NCBI GenBank assembly: GCA_964490935.1
Contig: CAZBEO010000005.1
Coordinates: 7,040 to 71,039, forward strand
Direction of reading: 5' to 3'
DNA: 64,000 nucleotides
Source: an uncultured Verrucomicrobiota bacterium
GTDB taxonomy: Bacteria > Verrucomicrobiota > Kiritimatiellia > RZYC01
Of this stretch, positions 8,101-17,820 are shown one piece after another. Position numbers and translations under genes: made by a program. Within the stretch, counting starts at the first letter, position 1. Every line of letters starts with the position of its first letter. The notes under the pieces were generated by a model, which worked only from the letters and a program-made list of their open reading frames with translations, was not told where the DNA came from and searched no databases.

Positions 8101-10043
8101 CCAGAGGTACTCCCACGTTTTTGCAACAGCAGGCTGGTGACCATCCCCCCCAAACCACAGCGAGATGACACCAAGCACAAGCCCTGACGACGTAGCATTT
8201 CGATGAGAGCCGGACGATCTGGAAAGTGCCGTAAACTGGCAGCAATGTATCCGTAGACCCTGGCATCACGATGAAGTATTAACCCCCAGAGCCCACCCCA
8301 AAACCACAGCAGCACGTATTGCAACCAAAAAATCATATCCCTGTGACTCCGCGAAAAATCAAGCACGGCAAAATAGCCATTTGGCTTTAACACCCGAGCT
8401 GCCTCACAAATAGCCTGTTCAAGATCAGGCGCATTACGCAGTGCATAGCCAGCCGTGACAATGTCGCAACTGGCCCTCTTTATACCAGTATGAAGTAAAT
8501 CTGCTTTCCGAAAGCATACATTCGGTTGTTTGATACAGCAGGCTGCTTCCTGTAACATTTCGGGTGATTGATCAATCCCGGTTACGATCGCTGATGGGTA
8601 TTTCTGAAGGAGGCGAGCAATCAGATCTCCATTCCCGCAGGCCAAATCTGCACAAACCGGGCCGTCTAAAGCTGGCAGATCGGCAATGAGCTTGCGTTTC
8701 CAGACCGTATCGCGACCCAATGAAAGCAACTTGGTGACCATCGCATATTTTGGCGCGACAACAGCAAAGATCGCTCTATTCACCAACCGCTTGTTTTCTG
8801 ATGAATCAAAAGCTGTTTTAAGCTGTATGGCTGAATGGGCTGAATGCTTAACGCGCGGGTCACGCTGACCAGGTAAATTAACCATAGAAAAAACCTGCGC
8901 CAGCCAGCGTTGCGTGACGGAGTGGCTAAGTACATACCGCACCAGAACACTTCGTACACACCCCCGCAGACCAGTGCGAGTTCCTACCCACATACCCAGA
9001 GCAGCTCTTTTGGCAGCGATACTGAACGCTCTTTTACGTTCCTTGCTGTAGCGCGACAATCCCAGTTCAAATGATTGCCCGTGCCGCAATGCTCCTGCCA
9101 ACACGGAAGCCAGGTATGCGGCATCTGCAAATCCGGTATTCATACCTTGACCACCGATGGGGCTCATCATATGGGCCGCATCCCCACACAATGAGACGCG
9201 ACCACGACCATAGCACTGACATAGTCGCCGGGCCGGTCTGAAGGTACTGATCCAACGACAGTCTGTTTGCTTCAAATCAAACCCAGCCAATGCCTTGACG
9301 CGCTCCACAAGAAATGTTTGCTTATCGTCAACGGTGGCAGGCATCATGGTGATCCAGCGACGTCGACCTTCTGGTAACGGGAAGGATTCTACCGAGCCAG
9401 CAACTGTAAAATACAGACGCGCTTCCTCACCCAGGCCCGTATGATCGTCAAATTCTCCCATCACAAAAGTCTCACGATATTCAGTACGTTTTTGTGAGAA
9501 GGCCAAACCATCCCGCACCTGGCTTTCAACCCCGTCACACCCTACTACATAGTGCGTTGTCAGTTGCTTGTTTTTGCTGGTTTGACCGTGGTGTAACTGC
9601 ACCTCAACACCCTCGCTCATTTCCCGACAAGATTGGAAGCGGAACCCTTCATAGACTGTTATGCTATCGTTTTCGGAAACACATTCTTTCAGATAAGCCA
9701 TTGTCTTACGTTGTGGAATAGCCAATATGTATTTGAATTCCGAGCCGATCGAGTCAAACGAAAGACGCCCTAGGCAACGCTCTTTATCGAATACCGAAAC
9801 ATCTCCGATCCGAATCCCATTGTGGACGAAGCAATCCGCCAACCCCAGCTCTGACAGCAATTCCAGAGAAGGTGGCGTCACACCGATGGCCATAGAATAT
9901 GGTGGCAATGCCGTACGTTGCTCAACAAGAGCCGTAGTGATATGTTCACGGGCCAGCAAATTAGCCAACATTAATCCTACGGGTCCGGCGCCAACAATGA
10001 TGACTTCATAATCCTGTGAATTTTTAGAAATATCCTGATCCAT
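8097..10043 (-). CDS. Bifunctional fusion: N-terminal group-A FAD-dependent aromatic monooxygenase + C-terminal UbiE/COQ5-type SAM methyltransferase
   Basis: N-terminus YEVIIVGAGPVGLMLANLL (GxGxxG) and GDAAHMMSPIGGQGMNTGFADAAYLA (FAD/NADPH fingerprint). C-terminus ADLACGNGDLIARLL ... VLKPNGYFAVLDFS (SAM motifs I and post-I). 648 aa. Confidence 0.8.
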   Translation of the reverse strand: MDQDISKNSQDYEVIIVGAGPVGLMLANLLAREHITTALVEQRTALPPYSMAIGVTPPSLELLSELGLADCFVHNGIRIGDVSVFDKERCLGRLSFDSIGSEFKYILAIPQRKTMAYLKECVSENDSITVYEGFRFQSCREMSEGVEVQLHHGQTSKNKQLTTHYVVGCDGVESQVRDGLAFSQKRTEYRETFVMGEFDDHTGLGEEARLYFTVAGSVESFPLPEGRRRWITMMPATVDDKQTFLVERVKALAGFDLKQTDCRWISTFRPARRLCQCYGRGRVSLCGDAAHMMSPIGGQGMNTGFADAAYLASVLAGALRHGQSFELGLSRYSKERKRAFSIAAKRAALGMWVGTRTGLRGCVRSVLVRYVLSHSVTQRWLAQVFSMVNLPGQRDPRVKHSAHSAIQLKTAFDSSENKRLVNRAIFAVVAPKYAMVTKLLSLGRDTVWKRKLIADLPALDGPVCADLACGNGDLIARLLQKYPSAIVTGIDQSPEMLQEAACCIKQPNVCFRKADLLHTGIKRASCDIVTAGYALRNAPDLEQAICEAARVLKPNGYFAVLDFSRSHRDMIFWLQYVLLWFWGGLWGLILHRDARVYGYIAASLRHFPDRPALIEMLRRQGLCLVSSRCGLGGMVTSLLLQKRGSTSG

Positions 10044-10049
10044 TTTGTG

Positions 10050-11111
10050 TTATGCAAATCGTATTAAACAGGCAAATGCGGTAAATCCAGCGCCAAATGA
10101 AAGTAACAAACCCATTGCTCCAGCTTCAGGCTGTTGTGTCTGAATTTCTTCCATGAGCACAAAGAGCACGCTGGGCGAGGATATATTGCCATATTGTTCG
10201 AAAACCTGATAAGAAGAGTGCAGGTCATCCATCGACAAATCAAGCTGACGTCGCACCTGATCCAACACAGAAGTGCCTCCTGCATGTACGGCCCAGTGCG
10301 CAATATCCTCCTGTACTAACCCCTGTCGGCTCAAAATTCTTTCCGCCGCTCTCTGGGCCAGGCGGGCGCCAACCACGGGTACTTTGACACTCAGCTGATT
10401 GCGCAAGCGACCATCCTGTTGACGATAGCGCAATAGCTCCCGCGCTGAAGGATCAATAACCGTTTCAAAATCCAGCACCTCTATCTCTCCCCTGGCAGGT
10501 TGGTCTGTCTCTTGCAGCACGACGGCGGCAGCACCATCTCCAAAAATAGCATTACTCACGGTTAGAGCTGGATCATCATCCATGAAGATCGTGGCAGAAC
10601 AAATCTCTATCGCAACGCTCATCACTGGATGCCCGAGTCCAGAACGTATTAACCCTACAGCTGAGCGTAGATTTGGAATTGCCCCCCCGCATCCCATACC
10701 CATAACATCCAAAACATGAACATGATCGTTTAACTTCAAATCTTCACAGAGATATGAACTCAAGCCGGGACATAGATAACCGGTGCAACTATTCACCACC
10801 AATCCTCTTATGTCTTCTGGTTTAACACCAGCACTTTTCATAGCCTGACAGGCTGCCTGTGCCGCAATCTGACGCCCATGCTTCAGGTAACGTTCATTCA
10901 GAGCATCAGGATCCGCTATCAGTGCCTCTTCTCGAACATCCATGCCAAAATATCGGCCTTTAATGGGCCCATCGATCATTATTCGTTCGTACAGATTTTG
11001 CTGGCCTACAGACATTTTTGAATGCTCTGATAAAAAATTATAGGCATCATGTTGAGTCTGGTAAAGCGGTGGGACTGCTTTTGCCAGAGAAGAAATGGTA
11101 ATACAAGACAT
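10050..11111 (-). CDS. Type III polyketide synthase (chalcone/stilbene synthase superfamily)
   Basis: Catalytic Cys in NSCTGYLCPGL, His in HWAVHAGG and Asn in GNISSPSV, plus the GFGAG-like C-terminus SFGAGFTAF. Start at Met-11 overlaps the upstream stop by 1 nt. Confidence 0.85.
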   Translation of the reverse strand: MSCITISSLAKAVPPLYQTQHDAYNFLSEHSKMSVGQQNLYERIMIDGPIKGRYFGMDVREEALIADPDALNERYLKHGRQIAAQAACQAMKSAGVKPEDIRGLVVNSCTGYLCPGLSSYLCEDLKLNDHVHVLDVMGMGCGGAIPNLRSAVGLIRSGLGHPVMSVAIEICSATIFMDDDPALTVSNAIFGDGAAAVVLQETDQPARGEIEVLDFETVIDPSARELLRYRQQDGRLRNQLSVKVPVVGARLAQRAAERILSRQGLVQEDIAHWAVHAGGTSVLDQVRRQLDLSMDDLHSSYQVFEQYGNISSPSVLFVLMEEIQTQQPEAGAMGLLLSFGAGFTAFACLIRFA

Positions 11112-11578
11112 CAGGTATCCCCCTTCTTTTTTCGGGTCCATTTTACTGTTCGTCCAAGCATACCCCAGCGATCCAGTGAGCCACGCAGTATCAGCGTGTC
11201 TCCATCGAGGGTAATGCTTGCATGATATGTCCGCCCATTTTCTGGGTCATAGATACGTCCCTTTTCCCACTCGCCAGCCTCATCGCGATGAAACCCCCAA
11301 ATAATTAGTATGCCCGTCAAGGGCCGGGAACGCAACGATGGATCCGGATTGTCGCGGTCAGTCTTCAGCTCACCAGATTCGGTGCGAGGCTCTTTAAGAG
11401 CATGGATATATCCGCATAGCTCGCCCTCTTTTTCCGACAATAAAACAGTTGAACGACCACCCGCAGTGATCCAGTACCCTGTGACCTCGGCCCCCTCAAT
11501 GCTTGCCGCCAAAACCAAGCCGGTAGCACATATGACACCTAGGTAGCACCCCACCAAAAACGGTCTATCAGTTTTCAT
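11111..11578 (-). CDS. DUF2147-family secreted protein
   Basis: Signal peptide, then TGYWIT ... GRIYDPENGRTYHASITL, characteristic of DUF2147. First gene of the PKS operon. Confidence 0.6.
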   Translation of the reverse strand: MKTDRPFLVGCYLGVICATGLVLAASIEGAEVTGYWITAGGRSTVLLSEKEGELCGYIHALKEPRTESGELKTDRDNPDPSLRSRPLTGILIIWGFHRDEAGEWEKGRIYDPENGRTYHASITLDGDTLILRGSLDRWGMLGRTVKWTRKKKGDT

Positions 11579-11764
11579 AACCTGATAAGAAATCGTTTCC
11601 TCCCCCCTGTGGCAAAAAGCATGTTGAATGGTCTCTTTGTATGTTCATGTGGGGAATTGTGTTTGCGGGGAAGGCGGTAGTCAAATGTAAAATGGCACTG
11701 CATTGTCTTTTTCCCCGATAAGAACGTCCTTTTTTTTACAGACCACTTCTTCGCCGGCTATCCG

Positions 11765-12598
11765 TTACATCCGGATGCGTTCGCTCAGAAGTAAGATGTC
11801 CTTGAGCTGGATCTCGTTTTTGGCGGCAGCCCATCGTTCTTCGAATTCCGCATGCTGGACGATATGACCGATCGCCGCCAGCGCCTTGAGGTGCATGTTC
11901 CGCATGTCGCGGCTGCCCACAATGACAAAGAATGCCTTCACAGAGGTCCCCGGCTCAAATTCGATCCCCTCCCGGCTACGGATCAGCAAAATCCGAAACT
12001 GCTTCTCCCCTTCAATCAGAATATGCGGGATCGCCACAAAGGGCGTCACCACACAGCTTCCCTGACGCTCCCGCTCGACCAACTGATTCCTGATTTCTTC
12101 TTCCGTTAACGGAAGCGTCTTTTCCAGCTGGCGGCTCCCGATGTCCAGCAGCTCTTTTTTCTGTGCGCCCGGAGGCAGATCGATCGCCTCGGCTTTCTTC
12201 AGAATTTCATCGAACGCATCGTGCACCATTTCATCGCGATGATAGATATTCTCATAGTGCTCCTTCTCCAAGGCATCCTGGGTCAGGGTTTTCTTGAACA
12301 GCGGCTCCAGCATGTGCAGCAGGGCATATTCAATGCTGGAATGTTTTCGCCCGTAAAAGAAATACATGCCAAGGGCTAGCAGGAGGAGTCCCACACTGAT
12401 TTCTATCGACTCCAGCCCCATGTCCGCAATCAGAAAAATGAAGCACCCCATGCCAAACAGCGGAAGCCAGGGATACAGTGGCGCACGAAAGGTCGGCCGG
12501 TAGTTGGTTAGATTGCTTTTCCGTAGCACCAGCACCGCCACAGCCGAGAGAATCACGCCATATATACCCACCGGGACGTCATCATTACAACGCGCCAC
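11765..12598 (-). CDS. Membrane-anchored PTS EIIA type-2 (PtsN-like) domain protein; N-terminus resembles the C-terminal helices of an amino-acid permease (possibly 5'-truncated)
   Basis: C-terminal VAIPHILIEGEKQFRILLIRSREGIEFE ... KAFFVIVGSRD is an EIIA-Ntr-type fold with the conserved His. Two N-terminal transmembrane helices. The ORF abuts a divergent gene 19 nt away. Confidence 0.55.
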   Translation of the reverse strand: MARCNDDVPVGIYGVILSAVAVLVLRKSNLTNYRPTFRAPLYPWLPLFGMGCFIFLIADMGLESIEISVGLLLLALGMYFFYGRKHSSIEYALLHMLEPLFKKTLTQDALEKEHYENIYHRDEMVHDAFDEILKKAEAIDLPPGAQKKELLDIGSRQLEKTLPLTEEEIRNQLVERERQGSCVVTPFVAIPHILIEGEKQFRILLIRSREGIEFEPGTSVKAFFVIVGSRDMRNMHLKALAAIGHIVQHAEFEERWAAAKNEIQLKDILLLSERIRM

Positions 12599-12616
12599 GC
12601 TGGTGAATCAGACGGA

Positions 12617-14635
12617 ATGTCGCTGTGTGTTGGAGCCAGTGAATACACAGGACTTGCTAACACAGCACTGGATGATGATAACTATATACGCTTTGCATGG
12701 GGCAAAACGTTCATCAATACGAATGAATGGACGTTCCTTGCCTCGGTCAAGGATGGAGACAAGTATCATATCTATGTTAATGGAATTCTTGAGGGCAGTC
12801 TCTCCGACAATCATCCTCTTGATGGTTCATCGCACAACATGCACTTCATGCACCACGGAGCGTGGGGCACCTTTTGCCACGGAATACTCGATGAGGTGCG
12901 CATCTATGATCGGGCCTTAACATCCAACGAGGTAACGCAGCTATACCAAGGCAGCCAATATGCCTCCGTTCTGCATGAACCCGGAAGCTATTTTATCTCC
13001 AACGTTTTGGGTGGTATAAACTACACTCTTTCCGCCTTTATGGATTGCGATGGCAACGGGGTGCTGGATGATGGCGAGCCGAGAGGTGAGTATGAATACA
13101 ATCCACTCTCCCTGACCATCAATGCCACAGACATTGATATTACGCTTTCCGTGCCTGCGACGAGCTGGACGATGCGGGCGACACATGCGCTGGCAGAATA
13201 CGACAGCCCCGGCACCAACACAGTGGAATGTGAAGTATACTTCCCGACCAACCAGAGTCTACTTGGACTGGGCTGGACGGCAGGGTTGCCGGAAGGCTGC
13301 GCGTTGGTGTCTGCGACGGGTGACGGAGGTGCATTAGCAAACCCGGAGACCGGTGAAATCCTGTTTTCGCCTCCTAAACTAACCAACAATCCAATCCGGT
13401 TTACCTACGATGTGGGCGTACCGGAAGGTCAGAGTGGGCCGAAGTCCATTCAGGGAACCGTGTTCTACACCTTGAGCGGCACGGAAACAAATGATGTACG
13501 GATGGCGGAGCCAAATCCGCTGATTGTAAATCCGGCAAGTCCGTACCACAGCTCCGACTTCCAAGACCCGATGTGGGTGATCGACATGCAGGAATGCAAC
13601 CGTACGTTGTCCTATTGGCGCAACGGTGGCTATGGCGTCCGCCCTGGAACCGTGGATGGCTATGCGCCCGATGAATCGTCGCAAACAGGCCACCGTCATA
13701 AGGCAGACTACCAGGAGCCGTTCTGGAGGCTGGATGGCGAGGAGGCCTTAAGAGTAATTGGCTACTGGATGGTGGGCGGCTACCACACCGAGCCCGATGG
13801 CGAGGATGGTTATGCGCCGGGTTATCCGTCTGGAGGCAGTCTGGGGGTTATGGATGCGGGCGACATTTCCATCGCGCAAGTGGTTCCCTCCACCTATCAG
13901 CCTGGCCAAATCGTAGCCATGCACAGCTCCTTGAGTTACTCCAACGACATCGTCGCACTGCTGTGGAAGCCAATGATGCCCCCAGGCTGGAAAATACTCT
14001 CCGCATCGGCCAACGGCGGCGATCCTGAAGTGGTCAACAACGAAATCCTGTTCACGTCCAAGCTGCCGCCCAGTCCGTTGGAAATCACCTACGTGTGTGA
14101 AATCCCGGAGGGCATGACAGGCGATGCGTTGCTGCAATCCGATGTTCGGGTCGTCCGCATGGGTTCGGCCAATCCGCAAAGCCTCTTAGGCCAACTGGCC
14201 CCCGCCATGATGCAACTCGATACCGATGGCGACGGCCTCCCCGACTGGGTCGAGACCGGCACAGGCGTATACCGTAGCCCGACCGACACCGGCACCGATC
14301 CTTACAAGGCCGACACCGACGGCGATGGGACCTTGGATGGCGATGAAGTGCTCGCCGGAACCGACCCAAATGGAACCGGCTCCACCTTCAAGATCATGAG
14401 CATATCCACCTTCAGCGGCGATTCCATCTTTGCCACGGACTCGACCGCTTATCGCTTCCTGATCAAATGGAACAGTGTAGATGGAAAAACCTATTACATC
14501 TTGCGATCAACGAACCTGCTGGACGGTTTCGCAGTGCTTCGTTCCAACATACTGGCCACCCCACCGGTGAACAGTTACATCGACAACACCGCCCCGGAAG
14601 ACGCCGCAGCTTATTCCATTGGCGTGGAACAATAA
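12617..14635 (+). CDS. LamG (concanavalin-A-like lectin) domain protein with thrombospondin type-3-like Ca-binding repeats
   Basis: N-terminal LamG-like block (HIYVNGILEGSL ... LDEVRIYDRALTSNEVTQLY). C-terminal DTDGDGLPDWVETGTG and DTDGDGTLDGDEVLAGTDPN repeats. No signal peptide and no in-frame upstream Met before a stop, so possibly truncated. Confidence 0.6.
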   Translation: MSLCVGASEYTGLANTALDDDNYIRFAWGKTFINTNEWTFLASVKDGDKYHIYVNGILEGSLSDNHPLDGSSHNMHFMHHGAWGTFCHGILDEVRIYDRALTSNEVTQLYQGSQYASVLHEPGSYFISNVLGGINYTLSAFMDCDGNGVLDDGEPRGEYEYNPLSLTINATDIDITLSVPATSWTMRATHALAEYDSPGTNTVECEVYFPTNQSLLGLGWTAGLPEGCALVSATGDGGALANPETGEILFSPPKLTNNPIRFTYDVGVPEGQSGPKSIQGTVFYTLSGTETNDVRMAEPNPLIVNPASPYHSSDFQDPMWVIDMQECNRTLSYWRNGGYGVRPGTVDGYAPDESSQTGHRHKADYQEPFWRLDGEEALRVIGYWMVGGYHTEPDGEDGYAPGYPSGGSLGVMDAGDISIAQVVPSTYQPGQIVAMHSSLSYSNDIVALLWKPMMPPGWKILSASANGGDPEVVNNEILFTSKLPPSPLEITYVCEIPEGMTGDALLQSDVRVVRMGSANPQSLLGQLAPAMMQLDTDGDGLPDWVETGTGVYRSPTDTGTDPYKADTDGDGTLDGDEVLAGTDPNGTGSTFKIMSISTFSGDSIFATDSTAYRFLIKWNSVDGKTYYILRSTNLLDGFAVLRSNILATPPVNSYIDNTAPEDAAAYSIGVEQ

Positions 14636-14762
14636 TCATAGAAGAACGTGGGTCGGATACCCTGTGGCCTCCTATTGTTAGACGGCGCGAGACTCGTGCG
14701 CCCGGTCGTCGACACGCTCAGCCGAATGGGGGGAAAAAACGAGTGTTGATTTTCCGGTAAAC

Positions 14763-16091
14763 TCATGCCCCTTTTTCGCCGATTTGCCCTGCGCCCTCCA
14801 GGAACCAACAGAAAGCCGAAACAACGGCCACCCGCGGGTCCGGCGACTTCACGTTTCCCGAATCGAAGCAAATCACGGCCCCCCGCTCAGCCAGCCCTTC
14901 ATCCAGGGCTTCGGTTATGGCGCGGAACTCCCGGTCCGCCGTCTCGGGGCGATCCAGCGACCAACAAACCTGTATCAATTCCGGCACTCCCTGTTCTTCA
15001 CCCGCCAGAAAATCCACCTCGAACCCGCTCTTGGTCACCACATAATCCACGCTCAAGCCTCGAGATTTCAACTCCATGAATACGGCGTTTTCAAGCATCG
15101 CCCCATGATCGCCGGTCATGCCCATGGAATACGCCTGAATCAACCCCGTATCGGCCACATACACTTTGCGCGGATTGACCTGTCGCTGTTTTGCGGAGCG
15201 CGTGCGCAACTCCACGGGATACAGCAGATAAGCATCGGCCAACTGATTCAAAAACTCATACAAGGTGTTTTTTGTGCAGGGTACGCCCATGCTTCGGAGC
15301 TGATTGTAAAATTTGTTCACGCTGAAAAGAGCCCCGGGCGATTGAAAGACTTGCCGAATCAACGCCCGCAGAGCCGCCACATTGGCCACTTTGTGCCGTT
15401 CGATCACATCACGCAGAATGACCACGTCCACATAGCCGCGCAGGATATCCCGCTGAATCGCCCCGTTATCCGCCCCTTGCACCTCAGGAAACCCCCCGCA
15501 TGCAAGGTAACCGGATAAGGCATCCGAAAGCACCGCACGATCCCGCGTGCTATACGCCTTTTTCCCCGACCAAGCGACTTCATGAAAACGAAGATACTCC
15601 CCGAAACGCAACGGATATAACTCCGTACTCAGCGCTCGACCGCGCAGCGCCGTGGCAATTTCACGTCCAAGCATTTTGGCGGAGGAACCAGTCACAAAAA
15701 GGCGCGCGCGCCCTTCATCCAGCACTCGCCGAAGAAATAGTTCCCAGCCGGGGATACGCTGCGGTTCATCCAAAAAAAGGTAATAAGCGCTCTCTGTTGC
15801 CTCTGGACAGAGTCGAAAATACACATCCAGCAGCGACTGAAAATGCTCGGCGCTGAAGGGCAGCAAACGCTCGTCCTCGAAATTCACATATAACATGCGC
15901 CGCCGCGAAATCCCGTCCTCTTCCAGCTCGCGCATTTTCTGAAAACAAAGCCAGGTTTTCCCAACCCGCCGCATCCCCAGAACAACCGATATCTTTCCTT
16001 CGTGCTCCCGAACGACCGCCTTGCGGGGCACCCCGTCGGGCCACCCGCGCTCCCAACCATCCATGATGATCCGCTCTAAAATGTCTTTCAT
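14763..16091 (-). CDS. AAA+ ATPase with DUF4143 (COG1373-type predicted ATPase)
   Basis: Walker A GMRRVGKTW and Walker B LFLDEPQ; domain order typical of COG1373 proteins. Confidence 0.7.
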   Translation of the reverse strand: MKDILERIIMDGWERGWPDGVPRKAVVREHEGKISVVLGMRRVGKTWLCFQKMRELEEDGISRRRMLYVNFEDERLLPFSAEHFQSLLDVYFRLCPEATESAYYLFLDEPQRIPGWELFLRRVLDEGRARLFVTGSSAKMLGREIATALRGRALSTELYPLRFGEYLRFHEVAWSGKKAYSTRDRAVLSDALSGYLACGGFPEVQGADNGAIQRDILRGYVDVVILRDVIERHKVANVAALRALIRQVFQSPGALFSVNKFYNQLRSMGVPCTKNTLYEFLNQLADAYLLYPVELRTRSAKQRQVNPRKVYVADTGLIQAYSMGMTGDHGAMLENAVFMELKSRGLSVDYVVTKSGFEVDFLAGEEQGVPELIQVCWSLDRPETADREFRAITEALDEGLAERGAVICFDSGNVKSPDPRVAVVSAFCWFLEGAGQIGEKGA

Positions 16092-16356
16092 GGGATTTAT
16101 ACTATCTTTCTATTCAGGACAGTTCCAGCATAATCTTTCTTTTTATGAGGGAAGGCCTGTGCCGCTCCTTTGACCGCTGGCTTCGTCCACATTCCGCGCC
16201 ACGTCTATTCCATCGCATCACACGATCCCGAGATAGGTCTTAGCCTGGGCCGTTCCCTGTTCGGCGGATTGTTTCATCCATCGGATTGTAGCTTGTCGGA
16301 GCCCACACGTTAGGTCACAATAGTCGTTGCGGTAAAGGGAAACATTCTCTGGGAGA

Positions 16357-16857
16357 GTGCACATGGCGGAAAAAGTGATATGGCGTGTTGAGTTCACTGG
16401 AATACGTGCATTGCTGGTCATTGCCCTGCTCCTGCTTTCTCTGACGGGCTACATGCTGTTTGTATTTATGGCGGCAACCAGCTCCATGGAAGAAATGCGC
16501 GATATATTGCGAGTCCGCGTGGTGGCCGAAAAGACAGCTCCCCTCGTTAAGGAAATTCAATCGCTGGTCGAAAAGGAAACACTTACCAGTGATGACCGCG
16601 AACGCTTGACCACACTCGCTGAATTATCGGGGATTCAGGTCACATCGTTGAACATGCGCGGCCTATTCCTTGGCGAGATGGTTTTCCGGGTCACCTATCG
16701 AACGGGCCACCAAACCGCAACCGAACAAAACGCCTTCTTTATCGCAACCTATCATCCAATGCTGGGCTGGCGTCTAAGCGAGATCTATTCCTGTCCCGAA
16801 TTCTTTTGGAATTGGGCTCCTCTGCGCAGAATTCGAACACAAGAACAAAAGGGGTGA
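16357..16857 (+). CDS. Hypothetical membrane protein (166 aa)
   Basis: One N-terminal transmembrane helix (LLVIALLLLSLTGYMLFVFMAA). No recognised domain. Confidence 0.35.
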   Translation: MHMAEKVIWRVEFTGIRALLVIALLLLSLTGYMLFVFMAATSSMEEMRDILRVRVVAEKTAPLVKEIQSLVEKETLTSDDRERLTTLAELSGIQVTSLNMRGLFLGEMVFRVTYRTGHQTATEQNAFFIATYHPMLGWRLSEIYSCPEFFWNWAPLRRIRTQEQKG

Positions 16858-16924
16858 GTCCCATAAAACAAGGCTTCAGGTCGAGCCGATTCAAAGAACG
16901 TCTATTCTTTATCCCATGGCAGGC

Positions 16925-17060
16925 AAAAGCGAATGGGATATGCCGGAGCGGTCTACCATGTGATGTGTCGCGGGGATCGCTAGGAGGCGGTTTTTCTCGA
17001 TGATAGGGTTTGTTTGTTTTTTCTGAAACATTGGGGGAAGACTGCGGGCGCAATCGTTGG
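16925..17060 (+). pseudogene. IS200-like / REP-associated tyrosine transposase (RAYT) N-terminal remnant, internally deleted, in-frame stop
   Basis: Translates to RMGYAGAVYHVMCRGDR-stop-EAVFLDDR..., matching the canonical RAYT N-terminus (YPGAVYHV..RGNRRE.IFLDD). About 75% nucleotide identity to 17833-17960. Confidence 0.6.
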
Positions 17061-17162
17061 ATTAAAGAGCGGCATCACGTGGGAACCGCCGTCACTCGGT
17101 CTCTTCAGGCTGCGTGAAAAGCGGACGGACCTCTTTCGAAGCATAACGGCTAAAATCGTTTT

Positions 17163-17807
17163 TTATCCACACCAGACGGGTGGCATAGAGTAGACAAAAC
17201 GCCATGCCCGCCAGGGCCATGGTGTGCGGTTCTGGAATCTGTTCCGGCCCGGATGGATCGGTGTAGATCGATTCGCTCCAACTGGTTGCGACTGTGCTGG
17301 TCGGTGAGAAGGAACCCCCGATATGGTGGTGATATTGTTATGATCCGTCGCGTTGGCGATCGACCCAACCTGGAGGGACCATGTCTGATTGGTACTCAGA
17401 CCAGTACCACTTTTAGTCAGCAGATAATTCCAGGAAATGGCATAATCGATGAACGTTGTATCACCAAAATTCAGGGTGGACTGCCCATCCACCAGCCTGA
17501 CATAGCCATCCCCGCCCGAGGTCGCAAAATCCGGGGGAGCAATTTTTTTCGCCGAATTGCCATCCACATCATCAAATTTGGTTTGATTCCATGCAGCGCC
17601 CCCGGTGTCCAATTGAGTCATCTCCAATCCGTGCTCGCCCGCCTTTGTTTCCTCGCCCTTGGAATCCCACATGAAGGCAAAATCCGGCTTCCCCGGAGTG
17701 CCGACACCGGACTGGTCAATCAGAATGCCGACCGTATCGCGATACGTGTCTGCCGCGACCGCCGCAATATCCATTCGAACCCGGAAGTAGATATAGTCGT
17801 GATTCAT
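17163..17807 (-). pseudogene. PEP-CTERM surface protein remnant (N-terminally truncated, C-terminal frameshift)
   Basis: A PEP-CTERM motif, PEPHTMALAGMAFCLLYATRLV, appears in the +2 frame at the 3' end. The main ORF has no signal peptide. Flanked by the two RAYT remnants. Confidence 0.5.
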
Positions 17808-17820
17808 CGAGTAATAAAAC

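Noticed and set aside
13021-14369. Small ORFs inside and antisense to the LamG/TSP3 gene (for example 13379-13699, 13748-14179, 14085-14369)
   Set aside because: They overlap a long ORF with clear domain signatures, and their Arg/His/Cys-rich composition marks them as artefacts.
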